Below, piece after piece: positions 60,322-64,000 of a stretch of DNA of 64,000 nucleotides. The translations under genes and the position numbers were made by a program. Position 1 is the stretch's first letter. Every line of letters starts with the position of its first letter. Origin of the DNA: Spironucleus salmonicida (lineage: Eukaryota); NCBI RefSeq assembly GCF_000497125.1, contig NC_090596.1:744001-808000 (forward strand). The letters are read 5' to 3'. The notes below the pieces were generated by a model. That model did not search any database and was not told the origin of the DNA. It worked only from the letters and a program-made list of their open reading frames with translations.

Positions 60322-61518
60322 TCTCAATTATGTATTTATGTATCTCACTCTTCGGGCTTGCCGTTGCGGCGTCCCGACTCCCGGTCCCGGGCTCTGCCGC
60401 AGTTCTATCCCGCACTCCTGCTGGCGCCGGCTTGAACACCGCGTGGGAGGCTCCCCTTTCTATTGAATTCAAATTCTATAGCTCGGGTTGCCTTCAAGGG
60501 CAGGCCCGGCCGGAACTAACGAGTTCGGGACCTCGTGCTACGCGCCACAAATACTCCAGCACAGTGCCATACAGCCAGTAGAATTGAATACCAGGAGCGC
60601 TGGGATACTTTACAGATTATACTCGTCAATAAGTATACTTTACTGTTTCAGTGAAACCGTTTCGCTGTAAGTTACGCACAGGGCTGGGATGAACAATATT
60701 TATATTGAAAGCATTTATAGTGAGCAGTGCTCGGTTGGAAGTAAGAATGGAGTACCTACTGTTTATATCGTCGCAGTTCAAGTCCCTGCAAATCCGGCCC
60801 ATGAACACTTCCGCCTGAATGCAGCTGACTGTGGTGAGCTTTCATCGCCAGCGATGGTGCCTCACCGGAGATAGGATTATGTGGCACGTCTGCCGTCGTC
60901 TGTCGCCAAGGCCTGGTGCCTTTAGTCTAGCAAACGCGGCTTTCAACGCTTGGGCCAAGCCGTCCCCTGCTGGTACCGCCCCTCACCGCATGCACAGTTT
61001 TCCCCTTACCGGAAGACTCTGAGACCGCTGTTCTACGGGGTAAGAGCGGGCTTGGCCGATGCCGATATAGATAGCACCCTATGGAATGAGCTCGAACCGG
61101 ACCGATTTCGGGAGTGCAGCCGGCGCGGGATTTCAAGCAGCGCCCAGGATACTTAAATGGCTCCATTCGTATCGGATGCTGCTCCGCGACTGAGAGCCGC
61201 GGCCTAACCAACTTTGCAGGGTCGCGGCCGGATGCTTGTACTACTTTACTTGTTCGTATACTTTTGGCTGTTGGCGCGGGGACGCAATACCTCCGAAACT
61301 GAATCCTGAAGAAAAGGAAAAATGGAGGATTCCGCTGCAAATACGAGAAAATATATGTTCAGCGAAAAAGTTTACCGAAGTATTGAATATTTTACCGATA
61401 CTTGGATCGCGGCGTAGACAATCCACAAGCCGCAGATGTGGAATGAGAAAAAATATACATTACAGCAAATATCATCCCCAATCTCGGGCATCTATCTTTA
61501 TTTTCTCGTATCCAATAA

Positions 61519-61722
61519 ATGGGATCCAACATGTGCATGAGAACCGACCCCCACGCCCTCGAGCCGGTGGACCAGCCGGAACCAATATAGCAGCATCAGC
61601 TGTATAACGACATCATGAGCTACCTCAAGGGCCACCCCGCGCAGGACGACCTGTTCTCCATCAAGAACTGCGAGATCTTCGACATCCTGGAGGAAATCAC
61701 GCCCAGAAACTCCTTCATCTGA
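61519..61722 (+). CDS. Small protein (copy of 57754-57957)
   Basis: MGSNMCMRTDP...TPRNSFI. Confidence 0.55.
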
Positions 61723-61769
61723 CCGCTACAAACTTTGTTGCGCCAGTGCCTAGTGTGAATTATTCAGCC

Positions 61770-62528
61770 TCACTCTACCTATGCCCTAAGTTGCTGTCCC
61801 GGCCCGTCGGCGCAAAGCCCGTAGCACATCCTGTCCAGTGCACCCTTTTCTACGGCTACGAAGGCCTGATCCTGGTCCACCGGCGTGATCTGGTAGACGA
61901 ACCCGTCCTCGCCAAGTCCCATGATCTTGAACTCCGTGAACACGACCTGCGCGTACTTCCTGCCCACGTGGATCCGAGTCTCCGCTTTGTTTACGAACTC
62001 CCCAAGGACGATGTAGTCCGGCCCGATCAGTGCAACGCCGTTTTGGCACAGGCACACCCTCTCGGCGGCGTAGTCCATGTCGAAGTGCTGCCGTCCGCGC
62101 CGGAGAATCACCAGCCGTCCGCTCAGGAAGTACAGCTGGTACTGCCCAACAATGTAGTCGACCCCGCTATGGATCTTCAGACCGTCGCAGAGCACGTGGC
62201 CAGCGAACCTGAGCTGCGCGCACTCCGGGCTCTGGCACGAGGCGATGGCCCCCTGGTACGCCACCTCGGACAGCCTCCCGTTCTCGATCCTGCTGAGCGC
62301 CACGGAGTCCAGTGTGTCTGCCTTTTCCAGCACGGAGCCGTCCGCGCTCAGCCGCATGAGCACTGTGCGGGAGTCGGTCTGGAGCTTGAGGAACGGGAAG
62401 TAGAACTCGAACTCGCGTGGTGCGAACTCCAGCTCGTGAACGAAGTTCTGCAGCGTCGGTGTCTCCAGGACGACCGTCTGGTCGTTGACCAACAGGAGGT
62501 AGCTGCCTTGCGCGGCCAGCTGCTTCAT
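61770..62528 (-). CDS. Hypothetical protein (copy of 56948-57706)
   Basis: Mirror copy with T>P and A>E differences. Confidence 0.75.
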
Positions 62529-62639
62529 TTTTGCGAAAGGGCGCCGCGCTCTATAATATGCAACAGACCCCGTGGAGTGGAATCGGCGCGGCCACACCTT
62601 TTCCTGCGGCCCAGTGTAGACGCTCGCAGCCGCCCTGAA

Positions 62640-62765
62640 ATGGAGCACCAGGTGATTCACAGGCTCAGGGCCAGGACCCCGCACGTCTGCCAGCTGCTGC
62701 GCATCCCGGCGCCAGCGGCGGGTGCTGCTTCCTCCAGCGACGGGGAGTACGAGCTCACGCTGTGA
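62640..62765 (+). CDS. Micro-protein (copy of 56711-56836)
   Basis: Mirror copy in IR4. Confidence 0.45.
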   Translation: MEHQVIHRLRARTPHVCQLLRIPAPAAGAASSSDGEYELTL

Positions 62766-62808
62766 GGGGCTCCGTGGCCGAATCGTGACTCGCGTAATCT
62801 CACTCCCT

Positions 62809-63129
62809 TCAGTACTCGTAGTCCTCGTCCTCGAGGAACTGGGCGATGCGGTCCTCGACGCTGCGCCCATTGGAACGCATCTTGCCCATCAGGCTGCCGC
62901 TGGAGAGGTACTTGAGCTGCCTGGAGAGCTGCCGGTGAATCTTCTTGTCCTCCGCGACGGTCCCCAGGTATGCGATCTGCTGCTGCTCCATCTCCTGCTT
63001 CTGCCTCTGCTGCGGCAGCACTATATCCTCCTCCGCCTCGGACAGCTCGGTCTGCCTCCTGGGTTCGTAGTCCTCGTAGAAGTCCAGGTCGGAGTAGTCG
63101 ACGCCCATTTCTGGAGACCCCGCGATCAT
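62809..63129 (-). CDS. Hypothetical protein (copy of 56347-56667)
   Basis: Mirror copy with S>A and V>A differences. Confidence 0.7.
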   Translation of the reverse strand: MIAGSPEMGVDYSDLDFYEDYEPRRQTELSEAEEDIVLPQQRQKQEMEQQQIAYLGTVAEDKKIHRQLSRQLKYLSSGSLMGKMRSNGRSVEDRIAQFLEDEDYEY

Positions 63130-63422
63130 TTGTATACAGTAGCAGGCTTGAAGTCGAGTTTTCGGTTTTTGCGTCGCGAGTGAACGGCAGTATTCCGGGA
63201 ATATATCCGTGGTCTGTATTTAGAACGGCCAAAGTTTTTCCACTACTCTGAGTATATAGCATCCCAGGGCCCGACCACAAGATTCTGCGGAAACCTATCT
63301 TGTGTTAGGCCGCCGAGCACCCAATGCCGCAGCGGCCGACCGGCTCCGAGGGCTGTGGCGCGGACTGAGATGCGACCCTGGTGCAAAAATCGAGCGAGGC
63401 GCCCGCAAGGCAATACAAACAC

Positions 63423-63578
63423 TCAGATAGTCACGTCATACTCCGAGTCCGAGTCCGGCTGCCCCTGGCCCGGGGACCTGAGCAGCACTATCTTTGCCTC
63501 GGTGGAACGGCAAGTCGCCAGCGCGCTGTCGAAGCGGATGCCCCACGGCCGGATGACCGGCTTTCCCAGGCTAATCAT
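63423..63578 (-). CDS. Micro-protein (copy of 55898-56053)
   Basis: Mirror copy in IR4. Confidence 0.55.
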   Translation of the reverse strand: MISLGKPVIRPWGIRFDSALATCRSTEAKIVLLRSPGQGQPDSDSEYDVTI

Positions 63579-63661
63579 TTTGGACCGGTCGTGTCCCCAA
63601 TTCAGGATGGGAATTGTTCGGCGCAACAATACTGCTTAGGATATAATAATGTGCGCTACGA

Positions 63662-63820
63662 ATGAACACCCAGCTCAAGGAGCTGGACGACCTGGTGCGG
63701 ACCCTCCTCCCCAGGCCGACCCCCGCTGCGGACGGGCGGGCTGAGGCCCTCGATCGGACCGTGGCCGCGCGGATGCAGATCATGGACGAGCTCTTTGACA
63801 ACACGGAGGACCTGGAGTGA
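63662..63820 (+). CDS. Small hypothetical protein (copy of 55656-55814)
   Basis: Mirror copy in IR4. Confidence 0.55.
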   Translation: MNTQLKELDDLVRTLLPRPTPAADGRAEALDRTVAARMQIMDELFDNTEDLE

Positions 63821-63868
63821 GCGGCGTGTCTTGGCTGTACCGAGTGCGGACATACGCTCACTCGCACC

Positions 63869-64000
63869 TCACCACTTGGGCCTCCCCACGGGCGCCTTCC
63901 TGCCCTTTCTGGACACCAGGAACCAGCCGAGGCCCCCGACCGCACCGACTGCCAGCACGCCGCCGATGACGATCCCTGCAATCGCGCCGCCTGATAGCCC
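63869..64000 (-). CDS. 3' end (TM and tail) of a third cysteine-rich membrane protein copy
   Basis: Mirror of 55476-55607. Confidence 0.75.
   Translation of the reverse strand, partial: GLSGGAIAGIVIGGVLAVGAVGGLGWFLVSRKGRKAPVGRPKW

Larger units (their letters stand above)
60236..64000. repeat. IR4 right arm (runs off window)
   Basis: Reverse complement of 55476-59240. Confidence 0.96.

Noticed and set aside
60467-61309. Long code-6 open frame in the IR4 arm (first ATG 60689)
   Set aside because: No GC3 bias or recognisable motif; differences from the 42.4-42.8 kb copy are mostly non-synonymous and truncate it. Left unassigned.
55476-64000. Palindromes as amplification or assembly fold-back chimeras
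   Set aside because: Disfavoured by kb-scale unique spacers, arm SNPs, palindrome-specific variants and decayed flanking homology; read-level confirmation is still needed.

Overview
This is eukaryotic DNA from a hexamitid diplomonad (Spironucleus-like; inferred). It uses the ciliate/hexamita code, with TAA/TAG = Gln and TGA as the only stop, so the supplied ORF track fragments most real genes. Genes are compact, appear intronless, and often have a C-rich CCACTCC-like motif just upstream and an AGTGA stop context. Recognisable genes are Cbf5, MZT1, a SHIPPO-repeat protein, an RPB3/AC40-family polymerase subunit, a TTLL ligase, a C2H2 zinc finger (x2), a small HSP (x2), RPS4, a FOR20-like protein, an amino-acid transporter, two Myb/SANT proteins, a [2Fe-2S] ferredoxin, an ABCA transporter, VSP-like cysteine-rich membrane proteins, tRNA-Ile(UAU) x2 and tRNA-Phe(GAA). 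The main unexplained structure is four spacer-containing inverted repeats (arms 3751, 1677, 377 and >=3765 bp), a 2.1 kb direct duplication and a 1020-bp tandem array. All are near-identical and GC-rich in an AT-rich background. The GC step falls at the identity edge, even in the middle of genes, and diverged AT-rich homology continues outside some arms. This points to old duplications maintained by GC-biased gene conversion. Also seen are candidate H/ACA and C/D snoRNAs, a family of 41-51 aa micro-proteins, and a membrane-anchored protein with three GH18-like repeats. All calls were made by eye; no searches or GC calculations were run.
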